DNA of 64,000 nt from Alloascoidea hylecoeti (lineage: Eukaryota). The stretch's first letter is position 1; every line of letters begins with the position of its first letter. The DNA lies in contig BCKZ01000002.1 of NCBI GenBank assembly GCA_001600815.1, forward strand, positions 1,000,294 to 1,064,293, given 5' to 3'. This document shows positions 44,093-55,900 of the stretch, in pieces. The notes under the pieces are model-generated. The model worked only from the letters and a program-made list of their open reading frames with translations, was not told the origin of the DNA and searched no databases. A program made the position numbers and the translations under genes.

Positions 44093-44983
44093 TTATTCAA
44101 ATGCCCAGCCATCTTCCGATATATCCTTTACAATCTGACGAAGAGAAGTTTCAACCATGAGTAGCATTTCTGTATCAATGGTTAGTTCGGCAATATTAAT
44201 GCTTAAATAATTCATAGTCTTACCTTGTCTTCTTTGCAAAATTGGATTTGTGTAAGCAGTTCGCACAGCTTCTGCGAGTGAATTCTTTTTAACTTGATTC
44301 ATCAAGTGGATAGTTAGTAACTGGTAAAACTTATAGTTAACTGTGTATATTATTATCTTACTTCTTGATATCTTTATTTTCTTTAGCTCCCAGATGAATT
44401 CCTTAGTAAATTCTTCAAAGTCCTTTGTATCTTCATCCTGCTGTTGACTTGCAGTAAAACAATAAGCATCCCATAAATTGCCGATATGTACTACAGAATT
44501 TATTTGAACTCGCTCAGGTCGGAAACTAAAAGAACTTGACTGTATATGTATGGTATGATCGTCTTTCGTGCCTCCTCGTCGGAAATACTTGAATGTTTGA
44601 TGGATTGCTGGCCTACCAAACCGGGGTCTTTTGTTACTTGGACTTGAAATTGGAGCTGTTACTTGCCTTAGTGATTGAGTCAGTTCTTCTTGGGAAACCC
44701 CCGGAATCGAAATGATGATCGAGGAATCATCGGCATATTCGTCTTCCTGATCACAATGCTCCAACCGAAAAAACTCTTCTGCCGCTTTTTCTGCCACACT
44801 ATATGCTTCTTTAGCCGGAAGTCTCACTGGATTCTGATGGATTCCGAATGTATCCGGCTGTAACGATGGTTGGGATAACGAAGGGGTCGAATTTGAGCAT
44901 GGTTTCTTAATCTTTGTGTCCGAAAAATGAAAATGAGGCAGCCGCCTTTGTACATGCTGTGAGTTAAGCCTTGGCCTCGACAT
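44093..44983 (-). CDS. Hypothetical protein
   Basis: 296-aa ATG-initiated ORF with coding-like composition; no family recognised. Confidence 0.7.
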   Translation of the reverse strand: MSRPRLNSQHVQRRLPHFHFSDTKIKKPCSNSTPSLSQPSLQPDTFGIHQNPVRLPAKEAYSVAEKAAEEFFRLEHCDQEDEYADDSSIIISIPGVSQEELTQSLRQVTAPISSPSNKRPRFGRPAIHQTFKYFRRGGTKDDHTIHIQSSSFSFRPERVQINSVVHIGNLWDAYCFTASQQQDEDTKDFEEFTKEFIWELKKIKISRSKIIIYTVNYKFYQLLTIHLMNQVKKNSLAEAVRTAYTNPILQRRQGKTMNYLSINIAELTIDTEMLLMVETSLRQIVKDISEDGWAFE

Positions 44984-45645
44984 GTGACAAGAAATTCCAC
45001 AAGAAATTGGATTTTGCGATTTCTTATCGACGGATCCGGAGGTTAACGTTGTTAACTGATATCGAGATTATATTGATATCGTTAACCTATATCCACTCAC
45101 TGTACTCAGCGTTAGCAATCCACGACGATTACCCGGATAAGCCTATGTAATTGGCAAACATTAGTAATCACAAACAGAGTCTCAATTGTGTAACTGATAG
45201 CACTGAAATTGTATAAATTATAAATTATAAATTATACCTTTAAAATTTAGATTTAATATATATCAATTGGAGCTTTCAGCTTCTGTCATATTTGTTGCAG
45301 TTGGGATATGCAGGTATGCGGCTACCCGATTAGCTGAAACTAAGCCCATCAATGTCATCCTAAAAGGGAAATGTTATCCACGACGAATAAACCTGAAAGC
45401 TTAAGGAGAGCCGAAAAGAAGCCCGATAAGCCAATCATAAATGCGCCATGACAATTAGTAAAAGATCTCTAATCGCAATGATTTAGTACTTTTGGGATAA
45501 TTAATCCTTATGAACTCTGAATACGATTTTTCACTAGATATTTTTCTATTTAAATCAGTTAGATCCTCCTTCAATTACAATCTATCAAAATCATATTGAT
45601 ATTCAAAAGACCTTCTATTTAAACCAAAAACAACATCTATCAAAA

Positions 45646-46005
45646 ATGCCAATGAAATATAAGCCATCTGCTGAAGGTAAGGAAGTTAGACCACCTCTTA
45701 TTGCTTCAAACAACTCTTTCCTTGGTGATATTTTCACTTCTGATGCTGAAAAGGATAAGCAAATCTCTTCTGGTTTCTACCGTCAAGAGAAAGGAGAACC
45801 TCTTGTTTACTACTATGACTATGATGAAATGAAAATTATCTTAGAAGTTGAAGGAACCTACACAATCAGTGATGAAGCTGGATACAAGGTTGAAGCTAAG
45901 CCAGGTGATGTTTTCTTCTTCCCAAAGGGAACCACTATTACATTCAATGCTACTGGATACGGTTATGCTTTCTTTGTTGGTTTAAGACCAAATGGAACTG
46001 CTTAA
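45646..46005 (+). CDS. Small cupin, EutQ-like
   Basis: ISSGFY...YYYDYDEMKIILE.G...AKPGDVFFFPKGTTITF cupin motif; AAAAATG start context. Confidence 0.88.
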   Translation: MPMKYKPSAEGKEVRPPLIASNNSFLGDIFTSDAEKDKQISSGFYRQEKGEPLVYYYDYDEMKIILEVEGTYTISDEAGYKVEAKPGDVFFFPKGTTITFNATGYGYAFFVGLRPNGTA

Positions 46006-46695
46006 ATTTGATTTTAACATGTTTTATTATTGTGCTTTAATAGCAACTTTCAAAAATATAATTTAGGGTTATTGCGTTAAATTTGCGTTTTATTCTATCT
46101 TATCGATCATGATCATCTATATTATAAAATAAATACATATTTGTACTTCAGCTTAAGCTTCCTCAATCAATTTGTATATTTTTAATATAGCCTAAATTTA
46201 AAGATTTAAAAGCATCTGTATGTGAGTAATCTTCATTGGTATTAATTTTACATAATGATATTATTATACTTGAAGTTGATCGAGACTTCTTCAACACACC
46301 TTACCTTAGATCCAGATTAAGAGCTAATTGTAGCACATGATATTGATATCATAATTAACTACTAATTCGAATATTCACAGTTGTAAATTTATACAATATT
46401 GTTTGCGATCAATCCCTATAAAACCAAACTTAAAAAAAAAAAGTTAATGACTTTCACTATAACAGTTGCGCGGCTGCTGTTTGTAAGAGCATGCCGATGT
46501 AATAAAAATTATGATACGTCAATATTAAATAATTTCCATTTTGTCCGGTAAATAATTGTTCAAATCAAATATTTACCTTTCTATTTTCATATAATATTTT
46601 AATTGATATATAAACATTCTACTATTATTTCCTGGTTTGAACAATAGGGTATTTATACAATTGCACTTGAATCTTAAGATCTTATACAATACGAC

Positions 46696-47348
46696 ATGAA
46701 TATAAACATTGAATCAGAAACAGGCCAAATCAAAAAGGAAAATAAACTCACCTTTACTATATATTCGGAGGAACGAAACATTGTTCTAAAGGTATGATAT
46801 TTTGCTATATATTATAAGATCTTATTTTTTTTACAATAAAGATCAAGAAATTAATATCAATACTCATTAATAATCTAAAGCGCATTGAAGATCAGATCAA
46901 GCAACTAATATTAACCGAAGCATCGGTTGCAGAGAATCATATCAAAAAGTCTAATTACAATATTAAAAGGACTGCTAGCTACATGAATCATAATGTTGTC
47001 GCAATTGATGGTCATACGAATGAGACCTTACGGCGTGCTTCGAGATTACCAACTAGATCCAGCTTCATATCTGCTATGCATAGTACTATCCAACTTCCTA
47101 ATTGCAAAGCTGTTGCTACCCATCATGATCAATTCCAAATACCTATATCTAAAAACAGGTCGAACCTTCATTCGGCAAAGTATAAAGAAATCGATTGTGA
47201 GAGAAACTTAGCAATAGAACGTAAAAAGAGGGAGATGGAATTGATTGAGCGACTTTGTCCCAAAACTACTCCAAAGTTTCCTTATACAGCACGACCCTCA
47301 AGCATGTCAAAGACTCATCACTCTATCCATAGTAGGCCTAGGGGATAG
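46696..47348 (+). CDS. Possible 2-exon orphan gene (~200 aa)
   Basis: Exon 46696-46791, GTATGA donor, AAG acceptor at 46841, exon 2 in frame with ORF 46983..47348; no clear branch point. Confidence 0.35.
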
Positions 47349-47733
47349 TAGAGTTACATGATAACTCACATCCCACGAATGGTCTAAAAAATAATGTTAA
47401 TCATCTATTACTATTTTACTAAATATTCAATGCAAAATATGAAAGTATTTTTCATCCTCCAATGGCATTTTAATTGATATAACGCAACGAAATATTCTTT
47501 TTCAGCTGATAATAATAATGATAGAATTTTCACTATAATGATGAATTCACCATAATAAACCATGGCCATATATATACTATTATTACTTACTTTTACATGA
47601 TTATTGCTCGCAACAAGCTTATAATTAGGTATTAATTTATATGTAAGAATAAGTATGATCTTAAGATGTACCAAATGTATGACCGCACATATGATCGTGA
47701 TCTACCGAACTACAAGCTATGGTACAGCTATTT

Positions 47734-47819
47734 GGCGGTTGTTAACTTGTTAGTTATATTGGCAGTTATAATTATGGTTGTAATGGCAGTTATAATTAAT
47801 TATAATGGCAGTTGTTAAC
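47734..47819. repeat. Short ~24-bp array with core TGGCRGTTRTWAY
   Basis: Cores at 47734, 47761, 47785, 47807. Confidence 0.6.
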
Positions 47820-49576
47820 GAACTTAATAATATTAATATAATATAGGAATATAGGCCTATAGCTGTTTATTTATTGAAGATAAATATAAATACAATGGTG
47901 AATATGAAAGCAATTCTGATAAAACAGGAAGGAGTACCTGATTCATAACCGTTATTAGTCATAAACATTTGCATATTATTGTTGGAGGCCCTATAAGTTT
48001 AGATTCACAAGATATGTACCGGTATAAGCTTATATCTGTTCAAACGTTAATCCGTTACTTTATATTAGCCAATTCTATATATGCATAGTTAATTGTTATC
48101 ATCACCTTCAACTACAAGAAATCTGCCAGATCCTCATTAGACTACTGAATAATAATACGAGGGAAACAAAGAAAAAATTAGCTGGATATATAACCGAAAA
48201 GAGAGTATTAGGGTCATCGTGGATTGATGAGAATAAAGTCATCTTAAAACCAAAAAAAGTTTTCCTTAAGCATTTACAAGTAGATTGTCCGCGGGAAAAT
48301 AACCCATTGAATTTGAATTTAAGCATATTTAATTACAAACTTGCATATAATACTATTTATAGTTGTTTATTTATGTATAAAAATCTGTAATTATAAAGTA
48401 AAATTTCCAAGTGCTTATATAAACATATAACCGTGAAGTGATATAAAATCACATATACAGTGAAATTCTTCCTTGTATAGTATTTGCTCTTTCTATATCA
48501 TAATTAAATTTGGCAGCTAAAACATGGAGTAGCGGGGGTTATTGTGTATATTTATTTAATATGCATGTGTAAAAGACCTATAAGCCTATGCATATGCATA
48601 ATTATAAATTTAAACATCATAAATTCATAAATTCACAAATTTATAATCGCGACCTGCCGTATAAGTATATTCCAAAATGAAAGATCAGCCACTTTTATCG
48701 GTTTATTTGTGAATTTCTTTATAATTTATAAGTTTTAACAGTTTAAGATACAAAGATGGGAAGATACATATGCAGGGTCCTAATATAAGATTTTCCTAAC
48801 GCAAGGTATGTTTCCTTATGCATATGGTTATAAAATTTCATTAAGTCAACTACCCATAAAATATCTTGTAGGTATTCATATTACTATCCAGAAAGTAGTC
48901 AGTCTTAGTAGTAATATAATTCCCGAACATAATCTATTTTGATTGTTATGAGTCATAAAGAGACTTCACCAACTACATTATCATATATTCATATGCATGG
49001 CCACACCATACCATATATAATTATTTCCTTAAACATATACGTATGATTCTCATCTAAAGATTTAGGATAATTCTATTTCTCCATTTGGTATTACTATTAT
49101 CGATATCATTTTGAATACTTACCATATTTTTCTCTACAACATAGGAGTGAGGCAGTTTGTAGGTATAGATTACCTAATAATGGCATTTAGGGGCAGTAAT
49201 CGCAAATTTTAAATTAAGTAATTATAATTATACCATAAGATGAACAGAAAATAATAAGCATACTCAAATCAACTCAATTGTGTAACTTATTCTAGACTTT
49301 TGAATCAAGCCTTTTTCAAAAAGCCAATAGGTATGAGTTATAGTTATAGCCGAGGTTCTGCATTTCATGGTATTGGATCTCATATATGCTTAAGATCATC
49401 AAAAGCTATGTGGGTATTCAAATTTTGGTTTCGAGATTTTGAAAGGCATTGCAACTTAATCGGTACCACCCATCATCATAAGAATATTTTTATTTAAGTA
49501 CCTTCAAATGTCTTGATATTACTATTTGTTTACAGTTTAAATCACCTTTTGATAAGATTTAAAAATATATAGTCAT

Positions 49577-50404
49577 ATGCTCAATTGCGATTATTCAAGG
49601 CATAGCTTTAACTATTTCAAAACCTCAGCTGCGGACTTTATTGATATCATGAGTTTTGATATTAACAACTTGCTTGATTTGGAGCAAGATTCACAAGACT
49701 ACAACTATGAAGCATGGAGATTGCACGTATCTCCGTACTATCTAGATTATATACTTCAGGTCAATGGTAAAATCTTCCTAGGAAATGGCGGTACTCGAGG
49801 TTGGTTTAAATATTGCATGCGTTGGTTTGATCTTGACATTGGATACTATTGCACAAGTGAACAAGAATTGAAGTATGCTCGTTGGTTATACTTCACGGCC
49901 AAACACAAAATCCCTACTCATCAAAGAAAAACACTAATCAATAAAAGCGGTGAAAAATGCTATGAATATAGTTGTAAACTTTGTGATAAAGGTGTTTTTA
50001 CCTGTGTTCAGAAAAAATCACGAATTAGATCTGGTTCTACCGCTGTAAGAAACAGATGGGAAGTAGAAAAGATAGATAGAAATCATAAAGATCATTGTAA
50101 TAACATACATCTAAATGAGAGAACAACGGGAAGAAAAAGATGTATGCATTTAAAAGACTTGGTACAAACGATAAAAAATAAAGAGGGTAATACTGATGAT
50201 CAATTACAAACCCGCGAAATAACCGTCGATATTTTGCAAGACATATATCTTGGAAGAGCTTTCTGCTCTTCACATGTGGCATACACTGAGGTTGATTCTG
50301 ATGGAAATATACTTCGATTGGGTACTGATAAACTTACTTATGGGGATATAAAAGCTGGTAGAAAGCAAGTACTTAGAATGACACGGTCAATTTTTAAGTC
50401 ATGA
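49577..50404 (+). CDS. Mutator/MuDR-type (WRKY-GCM1 fold) DNA-binding-domain protein without a catalytic domain
   Basis: IGYYCTSEQELKYARWLY (cf. VGxxFxSxxEFKxAxxxY), YSCKLC...WEVEKIDRNHKDHC zinc motif, LTYGDIKAGRK (cf. ISYxxAxRAK); no DDE region before the stop. Confidence 0.6.
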   Translation: MLNCDYSRHSFNYFKTSAADFIDIMSFDINNLLDLEQDSQDYNYEAWRLHVSPYYLDYILQVNGKIFLGNGGTRGWFKYCMRWFDLDIGYYCTSEQELKYARWLYFTAKHKIPTHQRKTLINKSGEKCYEYSCKLCDKGVFTCVQKKSRIRSGSTAVRNRWEVEKIDRNHKDHCNNIHLNERTTGRKRCMHLKDLVQTIKNKEGNTDDQLQTREITVDILQDIYLGRAFCSSHVAYTEVDSDGNILRLGTDKLTYGDIKAGRKQVLRMTRSIFKS

Positions 50405-51551
50405 ACTAGAATCCATAATTTTATAAACAAATTTCTATCTAAGATGTTTTGCATATATGTGGCTGATTATAGAAATAAAGGCATACATAGCTATCGTCGA
50501 TAGAAAAAAATAATCATGCTTATAAATTTCAATTAGAATGGGTACAGTATCTCTCAGTATCTTAAGACAATATTTTCAATCTCAAAGTTTTACCAGCTTC
50601 CTTCCCCACAGAAAGGCTCAAATGAGCCTGGATTTGTTCTCAATAATTAAATATTTTTTCTTCTGAAATTTTTGAAAGCGATCAAAGTCATTATCTATAT
50701 AAATTGTTATCTTCTGAGTCGTCATCTGATTGTAAGTCTTTCATAAACTTAAGGGTCCCTATGAAGTTTATGATCTGCCTTAGTTGACCCGATGGCAGGC
50801 TGTATGATTCATTGGCCATAATGGTACTTATCTAACTACAGAAAGTGTATTTCTCTGTTTAACTGTAGTATATGTCATTTTTCTAGATCTGAATAAATAA
50901 TCATGAATTAGTTACTGTTAATATTGAAGAACGATCATTTGGATATACCGGTAGCTAGTGTAGTTATCACGTTTAAAAATTAAACCGTATCAACAATCAA
51001 AAAAAAAGTTTAATACCAACAATTATTCAAAGATATAAGGATAATGTGGATTTGGGAAAATGCCTTTATTCTTGAAAAGCTTGGGAGAGAGAGAGAAGGA
51101 GAGAGACTATGAGAGAGCCTCAAGAACCGCTGTTACATATTATTGACTCTCTCTTCTTTCGTATATCTAGATATTACTTATAGGTAAAATGATGGCAGCT
51201 AGCAAGTTTTAATTAAGCTTTGATGAATTAATATTGGTACAGAAATTGGTGCACAATATTCCCAAATTAATTCAAATTAGAGGTAAAAGAATCCGAAGTA
51301 AACTGAATTTGCTCGTAATAAATGGGAATTTCTGTGGATGCCGTTCACATATCCATTTAGATTAATATTCATAATCATCAAATCAATATTATATTTATAT
51401 TGAATCCTCTGATGTTTGTCTTCATTAATTTAATTTCCACACGTGGAAATTTAGTTATGTTAAAGTCCTTCATCTCAATGATCACCCTTAATAAAGGGAA
51501 AAAATTGAAGTATAATTGACCACGTATTGAAGTTAATTATAAAGAAAGCAA

Positions 51552-52986
51552 CAGAGGCCCCAATATAAGTATTCTACGATTTTTATAATTTGATCTGACT
51601 TGATTTTTCTAATATTGGATGTAAGTTACATTATCAACAAGGTATTCTTTTTACATTTTTCATCAAATAACAGCATACATATAGCTATAATAATAGGGCC
51701 ATGAGTAATGAATGAAAATGTTTTGGCTAAATAGTATGCATATATTTAATGATTCCATGAAAATAAGACTAGAGCGGCCTTTAATTAAAATGATCGGGAT
51801 AGACATAGAAGAGTAGTTATTATTGGCCATGATAGAGTAGCTAGCCTTTTCAACTCTCAATTATCGTATCGATGGTGAACAATCCAGATCATCAGCTAAA
51901 AAAGCATTGACTAATGACAAAGGCAATCGGCTAGCTACCTTGTGACTTTATTATACATAAACGGGAGTTTCTAACAGAGAAATGCTTTATTGTTTTATCG
52001 ATCAGTTGGTGGACTGAAGAAATTCGGAGGAAGATGAACACACTGTATCTAACACTAAAAAAACAGCCAATAACGACTCTACTGGAGATTGTGTAAGTGA
52101 TAATTGGGTGATTCGCTTTATCAGGAATTCAAGGGTCTCTATAAAAAACCTAAAGAATTGGAAGCTTATTGTTCTTTAGGACCTATGCCCGGAGATGGTA
52201 CAAAACACTGGATGTATTAATGATCAAAATTCACTACCAATCGAAGCTCATTCCCATCAGTTGGTTGAGACGGCTGATAGCCGATACTGTTCTTATTTAC
52301 AAAGAGGCCAATTGAGTAGAAGATGGCATTCCATAAGTTCAACAAAAAGATCATCTATACACCAAAATCAAGCCACCGGGTGAAAAAAAGAACTTTCTGC
52401 TGTCGATAATATACGCTAGAAGTAAAAAATTAACTTCTTGTGAACTGCTCAAGTACTATATAATATCCAACATCTAGGGGTTTGGCCATATGATCTGAGA
52501 ATGAGATGGAGTCTGTTTATATGGATACACCACAACCAGAAGACAATATGCTTAAACTTGATGAAGAATTCGAAAGAGAGTATTATCGAAAACTAGATCT
52601 TTTAATGGGGAGAATGACTGAAAAGCGTACAATTTGCACAATATGCAGAAGTTTAAAGTTCACAATGACTAATCAACAAACAGTTCAATTGTGACATTTA
52701 AACATCCCAAACTTTTGGAATACAAAATGAAACAATTAAGTATACGTAATGGTAGGATATGCAAGACATAGATGTTCAATGAAGATCCAGCAGTTGGTGA
52801 TATGAAGAGAGGAAAACTTATTATTATCCTTCGAGATAGACACGATTAAAAACAGGGTCTAACTTTAAACTGGAAACAAAAGAACAGGTATGCGAGGAGA
52901 TTATACAGAATAACTAGTGAAAATAATTTATATTTTTTTGTGATGTTGGGGGTTGTTTTAGTAAAAGCTTATTTTTGGGGCCCCGG
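51552..52986 (+). mobile_element. Degenerate pogo/Fot1-like transposon relic
   Basis: STLNYRIDGEQSRSSAKKALT (51850) in frame with VSDNWVIRFIRN (52093; cf. VGKNWVxRFxxR of the CENP-B-type HTH), LQRGQLSRRW, LGVWPYD; many stops; imperfect inverted repeats CAGAGGCCCCAATATAAG (51552) and CTTATTTTTGGGGCCCCGG (52968-52986). Confidence 0.65.
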
Positions 52987-55900
52987 ATATCGGTGTCAGA
53001 AACTCTCGACCTGCCAGGAATAATGGCACTACTCTTATACATATATTTATGTATACGTATATAATTATAATATTTGTATCCTTTCATCACAATTAATCCG
53101 GTAAATAATAATTAAATAATGTGATCTAGTCATTGTATATATAATTATATGATCTTTTATATCTGGCTTTCACTTTAATTAATTAGTTTTGTGAACGTTG
53201 GCTACCTCACAATTATTAATGAGTTTATAATCTAGCTTCGAACAATCTAGATAAGTATTAAGTATACATGTACATATATATATATATATATATAAGTATA
53301 GTGATTGCGAAATGTGTACAGAGCTTAAAATTGTCATGTTCAATTACTTTTATAGCTAGATCGATCTAGAGTTTTTCTATAGCTCTATTCTTAAAGTAGA
53401 ACATTGTAAACCATTATCGAAACAAAATGCATATGCAGATATGCAGATATCTCGAGGTCTTATAAATGACTTTAGTTTAAATTCTAATTATATATATTAT
53501 TCAGTGAACCAACGCTTATTTTCAGACAATCTGACCCGTCATAATCAAATGGTTCGTAATTGATCGCCTTTAAACTCATATATATACCATTCTGTATCGG
53601 GTTAAGCACTCCACAGTCGGATATGTGTATCTTACAGAGAGTTCTGCTGCCGTGCCGGTTCCTTTAGATATAATTTACTATTTTTCAATATATATTGTCT
53701 TTTCTTATAATTTCAGCTGAAACAAAAAGAGAAACAATTATTTTTATATAAGTATATGCACAGTTACGACGTGACTTATAGAATGGTAAAATGCAGATGG
53801 CAGATACCCTATATTTACAGGGAGTTATCGTTATATATAGACGTCATCTATATATATATGAATGGAATGATCAATATATATTGATCAGTATAGCCAGCAT
53901 TTTCACTGAGATATTATACTGTATATATTATATGATCATTACGAATTATTTGTTTATAACTGATCCATTCTTAATTATAGAAGTGGAAAAATCAAGCTTG
54001 AGTGCTATATACCATATATAACAGTACCTTATAAATAAAATTAATTATGGTTAGCTAAGTTAGCTTATTTATATGCATAGTTCTGTTTTCAATATAAATA
54101 TGAAAAATAAATCTGCAGTATTTCAAATTAGGAAGTAAATGTATTTTACCTACTGTTCAATCATAAAACTGCGCATGCAGCTGTTTTCATAAAAAAAATA
54201 TTAATGTTAATTAATATAACTTATTTGTTATGTGCATTATTTCTTATTAGATTAATTAGATATAGATTTATAGTGAACAAGAAAGACTGAAAAAATAGAT
54301 TTCAGGCGGATTTGAGAAAATAGCCAATTAAAACAATAGGGATACAAAGTAATTAATATTGTGTTAAGGGAATCTTAAAAATTTTCAAGATTGAAATAAG
54401 CTGATAACATATATTACACTGTTGAAAAACTTTAAAATTTTTACCATAGTTAAAAGTTGAAATCATTCTGAAAATTATACACTGTAATTAATATTAAAAA
54501 CTTAGATTCTAGATCTAGATATAAAGTTTTATATAGGTCATACTTACATGCCATTCGACTAATTATATTATACCATGATCAGTACTAAATGACTCAAACA
54601 ATGCAATTGTCCAGCTGAAATTGAACAGTAAGGTTAAATAATGGTATTTTCCATATTCCTATAATTAAGGCCATAAATGCGTTAATTTCGCTGATATCTT
54701 TTATTTTTGAAATTACTAAAAACATATATAAAGTTTTGAAATTCCAATTACCATTTAGAAATTCATTTTTCATGATCTCTATAAATAACACACAACCTTA
54801 TACCGTACGGTTTGCAATTGTAATATAATGCAACATGAATTACTACTTTGGATAAAATCCGAACGATTCGGATAAAAGGACAGTCTGTAGGAATATTAAT
54901 TCGAATGATGAGCTAAAACCGAATTATGAAGAATTTTAAGGTTATAATTATATTAAATTTAAAAGAAGTAAACTTATAGGGATAGATTTCCAGAACTTTA
55001 GGAATGATATAAGTTTATTATATATATCGATGATTGAGCTCGAGAATAATTAGTATTTTTTGTTATTATTATTTAAAAAATCAATCAATTATTATTCTCA
55101 TTTTTACCAACTTATCAATTAAAATCATGAATCTCTTTTATGATTAGTATTTAATATCTATTAAACTTTTTTTTCAAATCTAAAGTTAACTCTAATACAT
55201 TTTCATTTTCAATTAGTATTAAATTTATAAAGCTCTACAGTGTAAAGCGCTATAATATGGATACCATGGTAACTATCCATAGATTTAAGCGTATAATTAT
55301 CTTGACAATTTTTAATGAAAGTAGATGGATAACGGAAGTTATAATTAATTGATGAGAGAAAGTGTTAATTATTCACATTCAATTTAAATTTTGAAAAATA
55401 ATTTTGATTTTACACTTAAAGGCATATTTTATAATATATTTTATCATAAATTCAATGCACACTAATTAATATTGTTATATTATGATTTTAGTCATTGGGA
55501 GCACAACCATCATCGTTGGCGGTTATGCGTATATATTATAATGCTATAACTTGACACATTATCATGATCAATTATTCATATAAATTTAAATTGGTATACC
55601 CTCATATCATGAGCCATGATCAGCTCTTTAGCGCGCTTAATCAGAACGATTTCAAATATTTCTTGATGATTCTGATTTTCTATCTTGAGATTCACGTACT
55701 ATATTAATATTGATATTTGCATATAAATATATAATAATTGAATGTTCCGCGGTATATATTGGTATGTAGCATTTTATAAAGTAAACTTTCCGATGACGCA
55801 ATCTTAAAGCTTGTATTGAATCGATGTAACTATTGATAATTTGATATATTATTATATTACATGGAGAAAGAAGACAAGGCATTCCAAATTTCCAATGATT

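Noticed and set aside
48028..48390. ~120-codon stop-free plus-strand frame
   Set aside because: No usable start codon, no clear splice signals and no recognisable motifs
53590..53670. tRNA-like fragments (GGTTAAG...GGTTCC)
   Set aside because: No cloverleaf stems or correct A/B-box spacing; no tRNA recognised in the window
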